A DNA stretch of 43,787 nt, from assembly GCA_903904665.1 (NCBI GenBank), contig CAIVDO010000126.1, positions 1 through 43,787 of the forward strand, in the 5' to 3' direction. The position numbers were made by a program, and so were the translations under genes. The stretch comes from an uncultured Actinomycetes bacterium. GTDB lineage: Bacteria; Actinomycetota; Actinomycetes; Nanopelagicales; Nanopelagicaceae. Positions 1-9,144 of the stretch are shown here, piece by piece; position 1 is the first letter of the stretch; each line of letters begins with the position of its first letter. The notes beneath the pieces are model-generated. The model saw only the letters and a list, made by a program, of their open reading frames with translations, was not told the origin of the DNA and made no database searches.

Positions 1-2
1 CG

Positions 3-965
3 ATGATTCAACAGCTTATCGAAAAGGGATTTGCATACGTTGGTGATGATAATTCTGTCTATTTTGATGCAAGAAGTTTTGATAGCTATGGGGCGATAAG
101 TGGAAATAGATTAGATGCACTAAAACCCGGTCACCGTTTTGAATACACCGAAGATGGTGCAAAGAGATTTCATGCAGATTGGGCTCTATGGAAAGCTGCT
201 GGTTCCCGCACTGAAATGATTTGGGATTCACCGTGGGGTCCAGGCTTTCCTGGGTGGCATATCGAATGTTCTGCAATGTCACTGCACTTCTTAGATTCTC
301 ATATCAATGTTCACATCGGAGGAATTGATTTGCGTTTTCCTCACCATGAAAATGAGCGCGCACAATCAAATACAATCACAGGAAATGAGAGCGTAGATTT
401 ATGGCTTCATGGCGAACATCTCTTATTTGAAGGTCGCAAGATGTCTAAGAGCGCGGCCAACGTGGTTCTCTTGCAGGATGTCATCGATCGGGGTTTTGAC
501 CCACTTGCTGTGAGATTATGCTTTTTAGAAAATCGCTACCGTTCGCAAATGGATTTAACGTGGGCAGCTATCGAAGCAGCTGACGTGCTTCTTAAGCGCT
601 GGCGAAAGAAAATGAAAACATGGAAAAACCATATCTTTTCTATCGATAATGAGTTTTTGGCAATCATAAATAATGATCTAGATACACCACGTGCTATTGC
701 ATATCTGCGCAATGTTGAAAAAAATGAAGCCCTTACTGATCAAGCATCACGTTTTCTATTTGCTGATCAAATCTTAGGTTTAGATCTAGATCGAGTTGAA
801 ACTGCCAAGGCACTCAGTAGCCAACAGGAAGAACTCCTAAAACTTCGTTTGGCTGCACGAAGTGAAAAACGCTGGCAAGACAGTGATGATTTGAGAGTTC
901 AGCTCGAATCAACTGGAATAGAAATAAAAGATACAACGCTTGGGCAAGAGTGGGATTGGCGTTAA
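3..965 (+). CDS. cysS: Cysteine--tRNA ligase, 5'-truncated by window edge
   Basis: GWHIECSAMS, GGIDLRFPHHENE and KMSKS motifs; C-terminal ARSEKRWQDSDDLR..GIEIKD anticodon-binding segment argues against MshC. Confidence 0.85.
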   Translation: MIQQLIEKGFAYVGDDNSVYFDARSFDSYGAISGNRLDALKPGHRFEYTEDGAKRFHADWALWKAAGSRTEMIWDSPWGPGFPGWHIECSAMSLHFLDSHINVHIGGIDLRFPHHENERAQSNTITGNESVDLWLHGEHLLFEGRKMSKSAANVVLLQDVIDRGFDPLAVRLCFLENRYRSQMDLTWAAIEAADVLLKRWRKKMKTWKNHIFSIDNEFLAIINNDLDTPRAIAYLRNVEKNEALTDQASRFLFADQILGLDLDRVETAKALSSQQEELLKLRLAARSEKRWQDSDDLRVQLESTGIEIKDTTLGQEWDWR

Positions 966-1273
966 GCAGGAAGCAAGATTGCTAAAACTAATGCTAGAAA
1001 GCCGATATTGATCAGTGAGATACCGATTGCACTACCTGCAATCAGGTATTCATCATTTATTCCGGGAAATCCTGCTCGCAAAACAACTATCGTCCAAGCC
1101 GCTGATGCAAGGATTCTAAGAGTTTTACCGCCCCACATACGTCCAATACTCCAGATACCTGCCACAGTTGCAATGATTACGAATATCAAACCAAATGGAA
1201 CAAGGGATGCATGCATGAAAACTGAGCCTGCACCTAAGCCTGCACCGATCAATACTGAATATAAATAACGCAC
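962..1273 (-). CDS. Small membrane protein (DUF6113-like, mshB-associated)
   Basis: 103 aa, about 4 hydrophobic segments; GTG overlaps the mshB TAG by 1 nt. Confidence 0.7.
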   Translation of the reverse strand: MRYLYSVLIGAGLGAGSVFMHASLVPFGLIFVIIATVAGIWSIGRMWGGKTLRILASAAWTIVVLRAGFPGINDEYLIAGSAIGISLINIGFLALVLAILLPA

Positions 1274-2127
1274 TATAAAACTATCCCCGAAGTTAAATCA
1301 TTTTCGCGCCCATCTTCATCAAAGGGTTCACTTTTTATCCCTTTAACGAGCGTGTAGTACTCATGTCCCCACACCTGTAATCCCAAATTATTAGAAAGCG
1401 CAAAGAATGGACCGTCCAGAGCGATCTGTGTCTCGTGGGCCTTCATCGCCGCCATCTTGGCCTCAACGAATGCATTGCCATCAATGAGAGTAGAAACGAA
1501 GGCGTCATCTTTAGCAAATGGCAGATCATCAACGCTTTCTGCTCCAAAGAAATCTGAGCCAATCTCTTTCATTTTTGCAATACCTTGTGCGATTACAGAT
1601 TTAGGCATGGTGTTCCAGTAAATCTTTTGAATCTGCCACTTTGAAAGTTCGCTTGCCCGCATCGCTACGCGATGGGCCTGTATATGATCTGGGTGACCAT
1701 AGCCACCGATTTCATCATAGGTAATCAAGATATGCGGCTTCACTTCTTCAATTATTTCTACTAACTTTCCAGCTGCGCTATCAATATCTGCTTGCCAGAA
1801 AACGTCGGGGCGATTATTTGGTTCGGTACCCATCATGCCGCTGTCTCTGTAGTTACCTAGAAATCTAAAGTCAGTAATCCCTAAGGCATTCATGGCATTG
1901 GCTAGTTCAACTTCACGATGTTTTCCTAATCCATCATTCTCACTGCTTGCTAAGTGAGATAGACCCGGAACTAAAACTTCACCCTCTTCACCTCGCGTGC
2001 ACGTAACCAAAGTAACGTGGGCACCGAGGGATGCATAGAGTGCCATTGTTGCGCCGTTGTTGATCGTCTCATCATCGGGGTGGGCATGCACAAGAAGAAT
2101 CCGATAGCCCTGATATGAACTATTCAT
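1273..2127 (-). CDS. mshB: GlcNAc-Ins deacetylase (mycothiol biosynthesis), PIG-L family
   Basis: VHAHPDDE, TRGEEGE, YRDSGM, GYGHPDH, FALSN motifs; start moved to ATG 2127, giving an ATGA overlap with the upstream stop. Confidence 0.88.
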   Translation of the reverse strand: MNSSYQGYRILLVHAHPDDETINNGATMALYASLGAHVTLVTCTRGEEGEVLVPGLSHLASSENDGLGKHREVELANAMNALGITDFRFLGNYRDSGMMGTEPNNRPDVFWQADIDSAAGKLVEIIEEVKPHILITYDEIGGYGHPDHIQAHRVAMRASELSKWQIQKIYWNTMPKSVIAQGIAKMKEIGSDFFGAESVDDLPFAKDDAFVSTLIDGNAFVEAKMAAMKAHETQIALDGPFFALSNNLGLQVWGHEYYTLVKGIKSEPFDEDGRENDLTSGIVL

Positions 2128-3251
2128 AACTTCTCCCATGCAAGTATTCCCCCGCCTAAATGACGTGAGTTTGTAAAGCCAGCGCTGCGGATGATTTCAA
2201 GGCAATCGGCGGATCGAATGCCAGAGCGACAGTGAAGAATAATCTCTTTGTCCATGGGTAACTGCTTGAGCGCGCTGTGATCTAGGAAAAACCCTTTAGG
2301 GATTAAGACCGAGCCAGGAATCCGGGATATTTCAAACTCCTCGGGTTCGCGCACATCAATGAGCAGAAAATCTCGCTTTTCTTCAAGCATCGTGTGTAAA
2401 TCACCAGCAGATATCTCATTACCTAATCCACAAAACCCCTCGTAATCTTCCAAGAGGCTTTTCTGTGGGGCATCTTCACTGCAAATTTCACAGTTGGGAT
2501 CCTTTTTAATATCAATCTTTGAGTACTCCGAATCAAGGGCGTCATAAATCATCATTGTGCCCACTTGCACTTCACCGATACCGGTTATGGCTTTAATGAT
2601 CTCGTTAACTTGCATTGATGCAACTGTTGAACATAAGACGCCTAATACTCCAGCCTCGGCGCAGTTTTGAACCGAACCTGGGTGCGGAGGAGTTGGGTGC
2701 ACGCAGCGGTAGCAAGGACCATAGGCGCTCCAAAAAATCGCTGCCTGCCCATCAAAGCGATTAACTGAACCCCACACATAAGCTTTGTCGAGCAAAACCG
2801 CAGCATCATTAATGAGATAGCGCGTTGCAAAATTATCTGTTGCATCAATAATAATGTCATATCCTGAAATAATTCTTTGCGCGTTCTTATTATCAATGCG
2901 CTCAAAATAGGTATCGACAGAGATGAATGGGTTGTTCTCAAGAATCTTGGTCTTTGCGACATCGACCTTATTTTTACCAACATCTGATTGACCATAAAGA
3001 ATCTGCCTATGTAGATTTGTTTCATCGACGGTATCGAAATCTACGATTCCAATGGTTCCAACTCCCGCTGCAGCTAAATACAACAGCGCTGGTGAACCAA
3101 GTCCGCCGGCCCCAATACACAGAACTCTTGCGTTTTTTAATCTCTCCTGGCCTTGTGTAGATATTTCTGGAATCACGATCTGGCGGCTATAGCGGCGCAA
3201 TTCATCGGCATTGAGTGAAGGGCCTGGATTAACTAGCGGCGCAGTTTTCAT
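2124..3251 (-). CDS. moeB: ThiF/MoeB adenylyltransferase with C-terminal rhodanese (MoeZ type)
   Basis: RYSRQ, GAGGLG, NLHRQ, CYRC..CEIC zinc motifs, rhodanese CRSGIRS. Confidence 0.88.
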   Translation of the reverse strand: MKTAPLVNPGPSLNADELRRYSRQIVIPEISTQGQERLKNARVLCIGAGGLGSPALLYLAAAGVGTIGIVDFDTVDETNLHRQILYGQSDVGKNKVDVAKTKILENNPFISVDTYFERIDNKNAQRIISGYDIIIDATDNFATRYLINDAAVLLDKAYVWGSVNRFDGQAAIFWSAYGPCYRCVHPTPPHPGSVQNCAEAGVLGVLCSTVASMQVNEIIKAITGIGEVQVGTMMIYDALDSEYSKIDIKKDPNCEICSEDAPQKSLLEDYEGFCGLGNEISAGDLHTMLEEKRDFLLIDVREPEEFEISRIPGSVLIPKGFFLDHSALKQLPMDKEIILHCRSGIRSADCLEIIRSAGFTNSRHLGGGILAWEKL

Positions 3252-3319
3252 GGGATACCAATTCTGCCGTATTCACGCATGTACTGCTACATCTATTAGC
3301 CAATCACCACTACTGCCTC

Positions 3320-3325
3320 TACGAT
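3320..3325 (+). promoter_or_regulatory. -10 element of putative leaderless TetR transcript
   Basis: TACGAT, 7 nt before ATG 3333, no SD. Confidence 0.6.
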
Positions 3326-3332
3326 TGCTTCA

Positions 3333-3944
3333 ATGAGCACTGTCGATACTTCAAATAAGGCACGTTTGCCTCGCGACGAGCGTCGCGCACTTTTACTCTC
3401 AGCAGCCCTTGAAGTATTTACTGCCGCTGGTTATCACTCAGCGGCCATGGATGAAATTGCAGATCGAGCAAATGTCAGCAAGCCAGTTTTGTATCAACAC
3501 TTTCCATCAAAACTAGAACTCTATTTAGCGGTCCTAGACCTTCATATTGATTCATTGGTTTTTGAAATCCAGAAAGCTATCGCCTCAACTCCAGATAACG
3601 CTAACCGTGTTCATGCAACAGTTGATGCTTACTTTACTTTCATTGAAAAAGAGGGCGAAGCTTTTAGATTGCTATTTGAAAGTGATATGAGTGTTGAGCC
3701 ATCTGTTCGTGAGCGTCTCAATCGCATGACCTATGACTGTGCAGCTGCAGCAAGTGCAGTTATTTCAATTGATACAGGACTTCCAAAAGAAGCATCGATG
3801 CTCCTAGGAGTTGGAATGATTGGATATGCCCAAGTCACTGCTCGTCATTGGTTGGATCGTGACAGCACGTTGACCCGTGAACAGGCCGTTGAATTGGTAA
3901 ACAACCTCATGTGGAGAGGTATTTCGGGATTCCCACGCAATTAA
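3333..3944 (+). CDS. TetR/AcrR family transcriptional regulator
   Basis: N-terminal HTH AMDEIADRANVSKPVLYQHFPSK; divergent from moeZ as in other actinobacteria. Confidence 0.9.
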   Translation: MSTVDTSNKARLPRDERRALLLSAALEVFTAAGYHSAAMDEIADRANVSKPVLYQHFPSKLELYLAVLDLHIDSLVFEIQKAIASTPDNANRVHATVDAYFTFIEKEGEAFRLLFESDMSVEPSVRERLNRMTYDCAAAASAVISIDTGLPKEASMLLGVGMIGYAQVTARHWLDRDSTLTREQAVELVNNLMWRGISGFPRN

Positions 3945-3950
3945 CTCAGA

Positions 3951-3956
3951 TAGGAT
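3951..3956 (+). promoter_or_regulatory. -10 element upstream of short ORF and helicase
   Basis: TAGGAT, 7 nt before ATG 3964. Confidence 0.55.
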
Positions 3957-3963
3957 TACATCT

Positions 3964-4002
3964 ATGAGCACCACTAATAAACAAATTTCTGGCGCCGTTT
4001 AA
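3964..4002 (+). CDS. Putative leaderless 12-aa uORF (MSTTNKQISGAV)
   Basis: ATG at leaderless spacing from TAGGAT; TAA ends 1 nt before the helicase GTG. Confidence 0.35.
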   Translation: MSTTNKQISGAV

Positions 4003-4003
4003 C

Positions 4004-5335
4004 GTGTCGAAAACTTTCGCAGAGCTTCCATTACGCCCCGAAACTATTGAGGCGCTTCATGCCCATGGTTTCATCGCACCATTTGCAATCCAAGAGATGG
4101 TGCTGCCCATCGCACTCAGTGATGGTGATGTCATAGGTCAAGCTAAGACCGGTACGGGTAAAACTCTGGCCTTTGGTGTTCCAGTCATCGAACGCGTTAT
4201 CGCACCTAATGATGGTGAGTGGGAAAGCTTTGAACACAAAGGAATGCCACAGGTTCTCATCGTTGTTCCTACTCGCGAACTATGTACGCAGGTAACTAGA
4301 GATATCGAAGAGCTAGCAAGTAATCGTGGAATTAGAACTTTGGCTGTCTACGGTGGACGGGCATTTGAGCCACAAATCGAAGCACTTCAGGCAGGTATTG
4401 AGATAGTTGTCGGCACGCCAGGGCGCTTGTTAGATCTTTCGCGCCAAGGTCAACTGCGATTAAAGCAAGTCTCACGCCTTGTCCTTGATGAAGCCGATGA
4501 AATGTTAGATCTTGGATTTTTGCCCGATGTTGAAAAGATTTTGGCTAATACGCCAAATCGTAAACAAACTATGTTGTTCTCAGCAACGATGCCTGGTGAC
4601 ATCATCGCGCTAGCCCGCCGTTTCATGAATCAGCCAATCCATATTCGTACCCAAGATTCAGAGGATGAAGGCGCCGTCGTTACTCGTATTAAGCAGCACG
4701 TGTTGCGTGCTCATGCCATGGATAAGATTGAAATGCTGGCACGTATTTTGCAAGCAGATGGTCGTGGGCCAACAATGGTCTTTTGTCGCACTAAGCGCAC
4801 ATGTCAAAAAACTGCTGAAGATTTAATTGAACGAGGCTTTAAAGCAGCTCCAATTCATGGTGATCTTGGACAAAGCGCGCGCGAGAAAGCTTTAGGTGAT
4901 TTCAAAGCCGGTAAATCAGATGTCTTAGTTGCAACTGATGTTGCTGCACGCGGTATCGATATCGATGGCATCACGCACGTGATTAACTATCAATGTCCTG
5001 AGGATGAAAAAACTTATGTGCACCGCATTGGAAGAACTGCTCGTGCAGGCGCACATGGAATTGCAGTTACTTTTGTCGACTGGGATGAGTTAGCTAGATG
5101 GAAAATGATTAATCAAGTTCTTGAACTTGGTCTTGAGGAACCAGAAGAGACTTACTCTTCATCTCCTCATCTCTATGAAGTCTTAGATATCCCTGCTGGT
5201 TCAACTGGACGCCTTACAAAGAGCAAGCCAGTGGCGCAAAAGCCAACAACTGAGAAAAGGGTTGAAAAGAAGGCCGAAGCTAAGCCAAGAGTTGAGCGCA
5301 CCCGCACCCGCACAAAGAAGTTTAAAGAGAGTTAA
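4004..5335 (+). CDS. DEAD-box RNA helicase (RhlE-like)
   Basis: AKTGTGKT, PTREL, DEAD, SAT, ARGID, HRIGRTAR motifs; basic C-terminal tail. Confidence 0.93.
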   Translation: MSKTFAELPLRPETIEALHAHGFIAPFAIQEMVLPIALSDGDVIGQAKTGTGKTLAFGVPVIERVIAPNDGEWESFEHKGMPQVLIVVPTRELCTQVTRDIEELASNRGIRTLAVYGGRAFEPQIEALQAGIEIVVGTPGRLLDLSRQGQLRLKQVSRLVLDEADEMLDLGFLPDVEKILANTPNRKQTMLFSATMPGDIIALARRFMNQPIHIRTQDSEDEGAVVTRIKQHVLRAHAMDKIEMLARILQADGRGPTMVFCRTKRTCQKTAEDLIERGFKAAPIHGDLGQSAREKALGDFKAGKSDVLVATDVAARGIDIDGITHVINYQCPEDEKTYVHRIGRTARAGAHGIAVTFVDWDELARWKMINQVLELGLEEPEETYSSSPHLYEVLDIPAGSTGRLTKSKPVAQKPTTEKRVEKKAEAKPRVERTRTRTKKFKES

Positions 5336-5943
5336 TTAGCAACAAAGACGCGGATTGCATCGACCAGCATTTGAACTGCAATCGCTGCAAGTAATAAACC
5401 AGCAATACGAGCAACTAAAGTAACTCCGGCTTCTTTAATCACCTTCATAATTGTCGTTGAGGCCATTAATGCTGCGGCAATTGCAAGGTGAACGGCGATA
5501 ACAGCTCCAATTAAACCTAGCGCCATCGTTGGACCATCAACTTGTTGAACGAAGATCATCGTTGCAACGATTGCTCCAGGCCCTGCCAATAATGGAGTTC
5601 CAAGGGGCACAAGTGCGATGTTGGCATTGGCTTCTTCGCCACGGCCTCCACCTTTGCCACCAGTTAACAAATCCAAAGAGATGAGTAATAACAGCAATGC
5701 TCCGGCTGCTTGCATCGCAGCGATAGAGACATTTAAGTAGCTAAGAATGAATCGTCCAAATAAGGCAAAGATTGAAATTACAAGAAAAGAGACACCTGCA
5801 GCTTTAACTGCTAGAACTCTGCGCTCTTTTGGGCTCTTATCTGCAACTAAGGCCAAGAAAATAGGAGTTGCACCAGGAGGATCCATGATTACAAACAAGG
5901 TGACAAAAGTTTGGACTGCAAATGTTAGAGCTCCAACTTTCAT
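5332..5943 (-). CDS. MarC family membrane protein
   Basis: MDPPG and VPLGTPLLAGPGAI motifs, 6 hydrophobic segments. Confidence 0.88.
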   Translation of the reverse strand: MKVGALTFAVQTFVTLFVIMDPPGATPIFLALVADKSPKERRVLAVKAAGVSFLVISIFALFGRFILSYLNVSIAAMQAAGALLLLLISLDLLTGGKGGGRGEEANANIALVPLGTPLLAGPGAIVATMIFVQQVDGPTMALGLIGAVIAVHLAIAAALMASTTIMKVIKEAGVTLVARIAGLLLAAIAVQMLVDAIRVFVAN

Positions 5944-6785
5944 GCCCGGACCACCCTTCGCTTATCTGCAAGAGCTTCAAGTTTTTCCCATTCACTTGGG
6001 CTTGTTTGAAACTCAGCTAACGAGTTGAGTTTACCCGTTCCGTGATAGTCGCTGGAGCCAGTTACTGCTAAATCTAATTCACGGGCAATAGCGCGAAGCA
6101 TCGCTCTCTCCTCTGGATTTTGATCTCTGTGATCAACTTCAATGCCATTTAAGCCTGCGGCAACAAGCTCGTGGAAATCACTGGCTTGAAGTATTTCTCC
6201 CCGGTGGGAGGCAAATGGGTGAGCAATTACTGCAACTCCCCCAGCGCTTCTAATCATGGCAATGGCATCGGCAGGTGTTGGTGCGGCATGAGAGACATAA
6301 AACTCTGAATCATTATTGAGCATTCCTTGAAAAGCTTCATCACGAGATTTAATAATTCCTTTATTTACTAAAGCATCGGCTAAATGTGGACGACCCAACG
6401 TTGCTCCTTCTGGCCGGGCAGCCTCAACATCGGCCATTGAAATATTAACTCCCGCGGCATTCATTTTTTCAAGCATCTTGCGCATGCGAGGCAAGCGTCC
6501 ATCGCGCGTTTCTTCCAACATGACTTGCATCTGTTGGTGGGCGCCATCAAAGAGAAGGCCCAACATATGAACACTTATTCCATCATGCGTTAAACAGGAT
6601 ATTTCACTTCCCAGCGCTAAAGCTAAATTACCGCGCACAGTTTGAATCGCTTCTTCCCAGCCAGAGGTTGTGTCGTGGTCGCAAATTCCAAGAACAGTAA
6701 GTCCTTGAGCAATAGATTTATTTACAAGTTCGCGTGGACTATCTGTGCCATCACTTTTATTGGTGTGGGTGTGCAGATCAATCAT
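5940..6785 (-). CDS. PHP-domain phosphoesterase (TrpH/YciV-like)
   Basis: DLHTHT..SDG, DHD, GRPH, AHP, GSSDYHG. Confidence 0.88.
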   Translation of the reverse strand: MIDLHTHTNKSDGTDSPRELVNKSIAQGLTVLGICDHDTTSGWEEAIQTVRGNLALALGSEISCLTHDGISVHMLGLLFDGAHQQMQVMLEETRDGRLPRMRKMLEKMNAAGVNISMADVEAARPEGATLGRPHLADALVNKGIIKSRDEAFQGMLNNDSEFYVSHAAPTPADAIAMIRSAGGVAVIAHPFASHRGEILQASDFHELVAAGLNGIEVDHRDQNPEERAMLRAIARELDLAVTGSSDYHGTGKLNSLAEFQTSPSEWEKLEALADKRRVVRA

Positions 6786-7687
6786 GGCGCTAACTCAATT
6801 GGGGTATTTCGAGAACGAGTTACAACTAAAACACAGCCAATCAAAATCAGTGCGATTCCAGGGAGAATTCCAAGTGGAGGTCTTTGGTCTAACCACCAGA
6901 TGGCAAGTAATGAACTGACTGGTACTTCAAAAAAGATGATTAATGAAACAATCGCAGGAGACACTCGCTTGAGTGCAGCATTAAACATTGAGTGGCCCAA
7001 GATTTGCGCACCAAAAACTAATCCAAGCAGAATCCACCACTCACGTGCTGAAAAATGTAAGACCGGAAAACCCATTATTAACGCCATCGGAAGCGCCGTA
7101 ATGGCGCAGATGAAATAACACACACTCGTATAAACCGTTGTCTCAACTGTGCGCTGAGATTTAGATCCTGCCATCATGTAGAGGGCCGCTAATGCAGCCG
7201 AGATTAGTGCGGCGATATCTCCTAAAAATGAGCGCAAAGAGATATGTAAATCGATTCCAGAAATCAATAGAACTCCGGAAAAACTTACAATCATTCCTAG
7301 CCATGCTTTTGATGGAATATGCCCACCACTGAGCTTTACAAAGAGTGCAGCGAAAATCGGTTGTAAGGCAACTAAAGCAGTACCTGCTGCCACGCTAGTC
7401 CAACGCATTGCAAGAAAGAAACCAACAAAGTGAATAGCTAGAACAAAACCGGCAATCACAGCCCATTTAATACCTTCGCGATGGCGAGGATGTCTAAGAG
7501 CAAAGGGAAGAGTTAATAATGATCCGCCAAGGTTTCGCCAAAAAATTAATGTTGGAATCGGCATCGCACTCATTGCGATCAGTGGACCTGAAGTTCCAAT
7601 TCCCAGGATTCCAATACCTAAACGAATTAAATCTGGTCTTCCTGGAATTGTTGTATGGCTATCGCGTGAATCTGGCCTTGGCTTCAC
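6782..7687 (-). CDS. DMT/EamA family transporter
   Basis: About 10 TM segments, two EamA-like repeats. Confidence 0.85.
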   Translation of the reverse strand: MKPRPDSRDSHTTIPGRPDLIRLGIGILGIGTSGPLIAMSAMPIPTLIFWRNLGGSLLTLPFALRHPRHREGIKWAVIAGFVLAIHFVGFFLAMRWTSVAAGTALVALQPIFAALFVKLSGGHIPSKAWLGMIVSFSGVLLISGIDLHISLRSFLGDIAALISAALAALYMMAGSKSQRTVETTVYTSVCYFICAITALPMALIMGFPVLHFSAREWWILLGLVFGAQILGHSMFNAALKRVSPAIVSLIIFFEVPVSSLLAIWWLDQRPPLGILPGIALILIGCVLVVTRSRNTPIELAP

Positions 7688-8814
7688 TTGCTCTCCGGTG
7701 TAATTCCCAGACGCACACCAAGGAGAGATTTACTTCGCTTGATGAGTTTTTCAGCAATCTCAAAGACCGCTATCGCTGATTCTGATTGTGGCGCCGCCTC
7801 AACAACTGGAACACCATCATCTCCACCAGTACGAAGTGCTGGACTAAAAGCAATTTTCCCTAACAGAGGAACTTCGCTACCAACTAATGCTGATAAACGC
7901 TGTGATGTTTCTTCTCCCCCACCTGCACCAAAGAGTGAAATCTTTTCATCGCACGATGGGCAGCTAAACTCAGACATATTTTCAATAACACCAATAACTC
8001 TTTGATGAATTTGGTGGGCAATTCTTCCGGCCCGCTCAGCAACTTCAGCTGCAGCTATTTGAGGTGTTGTAACGACAACAATCTCAGAGTTAGGTATGAG
8101 TTGACCAAGTGAGATTGCTAAATCACCTGTTCCAGGAGGTAGATCAATAAGTAAAACATCCAGATCGCCCCAATAGGCATCGGATAAGAGTTGTTCTAGT
8201 ACTCGATGTAACAAGGGGCCACGATATGCAACTGGATCTGAGCGCTCGGGCTTAAACATCTCCATTGAAACAACCTTCACGCCGAAAGATTCCAGCGGAA
8301 TGAAAAGCTGATCAATTGCAGTTGGCCGTTGCCCCATAAGCCCCATAAGTCGAGGAATGGAGTGTCCGTAAACATCAGCATCCAAGATTCCAACACGTAA
8401 TCCATTTTTAGCAAAAGCAATCGCTAGGTTGGCTGTCACTGATGATTTGCCGACGCCACCCTTTCCTGATGCAATTCCGATTACACGTGTGAGTGACTCT
8501 GGTTGAGCAAAGGGAATTGTTTTTTCGCGTCCGCCGCGGACAACTTTTTTCACATGATCACGTTGATCTTGTGTCATGACACCAAAGGTTAGGTGGACAC
8601 TCTTGACGCCTTCAATATTGCTCAGCGCGGTAGTGATGTCATTGCGCAATCGATCTTGCATTGGACAGCCAGAGATAGTGAGTAGAACTTTCACTGTTAC
8701 AGCGCCATTATCTTCAGAGAGATCTTCAACCATCCCAAGATCAGTAATTGATCTATGAAGTTCTGGATCTTGAACTGTCGTTAATGCATCTGCGAGTGCG
8801 TCGATGAGGCTCAT
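7684..8814 (-). CDS. mrp: Mrp/NBP35 Fe-S cluster carrier ATPase
   Basis: N-terminal DUF59 (DPEL..GCP), SGKGGVGKS, DADVYG, DLPPGTGD, ENMS..CPSC. Confidence 0.92.
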   Translation of the reverse strand: MSLIDALADALTTVQDPELHRSITDLGMVEDLSEDNGAVTVKVLLTISGCPMQDRLRNDITTALSNIEGVKSVHLTFGVMTQDQRDHVKKVVRGGREKTIPFAQPESLTRVIGIASGKGGVGKSSVTANLAIAFAKNGLRVGILDADVYGHSIPRLMGLMGQRPTAIDQLFIPLESFGVKVVSMEMFKPERSDPVAYRGPLLHRVLEQLLSDAYWGDLDVLLIDLPPGTGDLAISLGQLIPNSEIVVVTTPQIAAAEVAERAGRIAHQIHQRVIGVIENMSEFSCPSCDEKISLFGAGGGEETSQRLSALVGSEVPLLGKIAFSPALRTGGDDGVPVVEAAPQSESAIAVFEIAEKLIKRSKSLLGVRLGITPESK

Positions 8815-9116
8815 ATAAGATCTGGATCAATCTTTGCATTAGGGCGAGTGGATTTTGCTACGGGTTTGTCATCAAGTAACTCACCCAACTGCTTCTTTAC
8901 AAAAGTTTTTGGATGCAGATCTGCGGGTTGAAGGTTTTCAAAGCCGGGTCCTAAATTCTCACGAAGCTCTGCCGTTGCTGTTTGTGACAAATCGCGAATC
9001 TTCTTTACCCACTGCGCAGCTTGCGCAGCAGCTTTGGGTAAGCGCTCAGGACCAAGCAAAATCATTCCGAGTACGGCTAGGCCAAGGATTTCGCCCGCAC
9101 CGATATCAAAGAACAT
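8811..9116 (-). CDS. tatB: Sec-independent translocase TatB
   Basis: MFFDIGAGE..LGPERLP; lies between htrA and mrp. Confidence 0.85.
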   Translation of the reverse strand: MFFDIGAGEILGLAVLGMILLGPERLPKAAAQAAQWVKKIRDLSQTATAELRENLGPGFENLQPADLHPKTFVKKQLGELLDDKPVAKSTRPNAKIDPDLI

Positions 9117-9122
9117 GCGCGA

Positions 9123-9128
9123 AGCCTA
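9123..9128 (-). promoter_or_regulatory. -10 element, leaderless tatB
   Basis: TAGGCT, 6 nt before ATG 9116. Confidence 0.6.
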
Positions 9129-9144
9129 CCCACAAATTCAACGT

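Noticed and set aside
3-965. MshC assignment suggested by the neighbouring mshB
   Set aside because: Carries the CysRS C-terminal anticodon-binding segment that MshC lacks
3252-3332. Possible TetR operator (GCTA..TAGC; TACTGC twice)
   Set aside because: Too short to distinguish from chance
5297-5313. (CGCACC)x~3 tandem repeat
   Set aside because: In-frame hexamer encoding RTRTRT in the helicase basic tail; too short to imply phase variation
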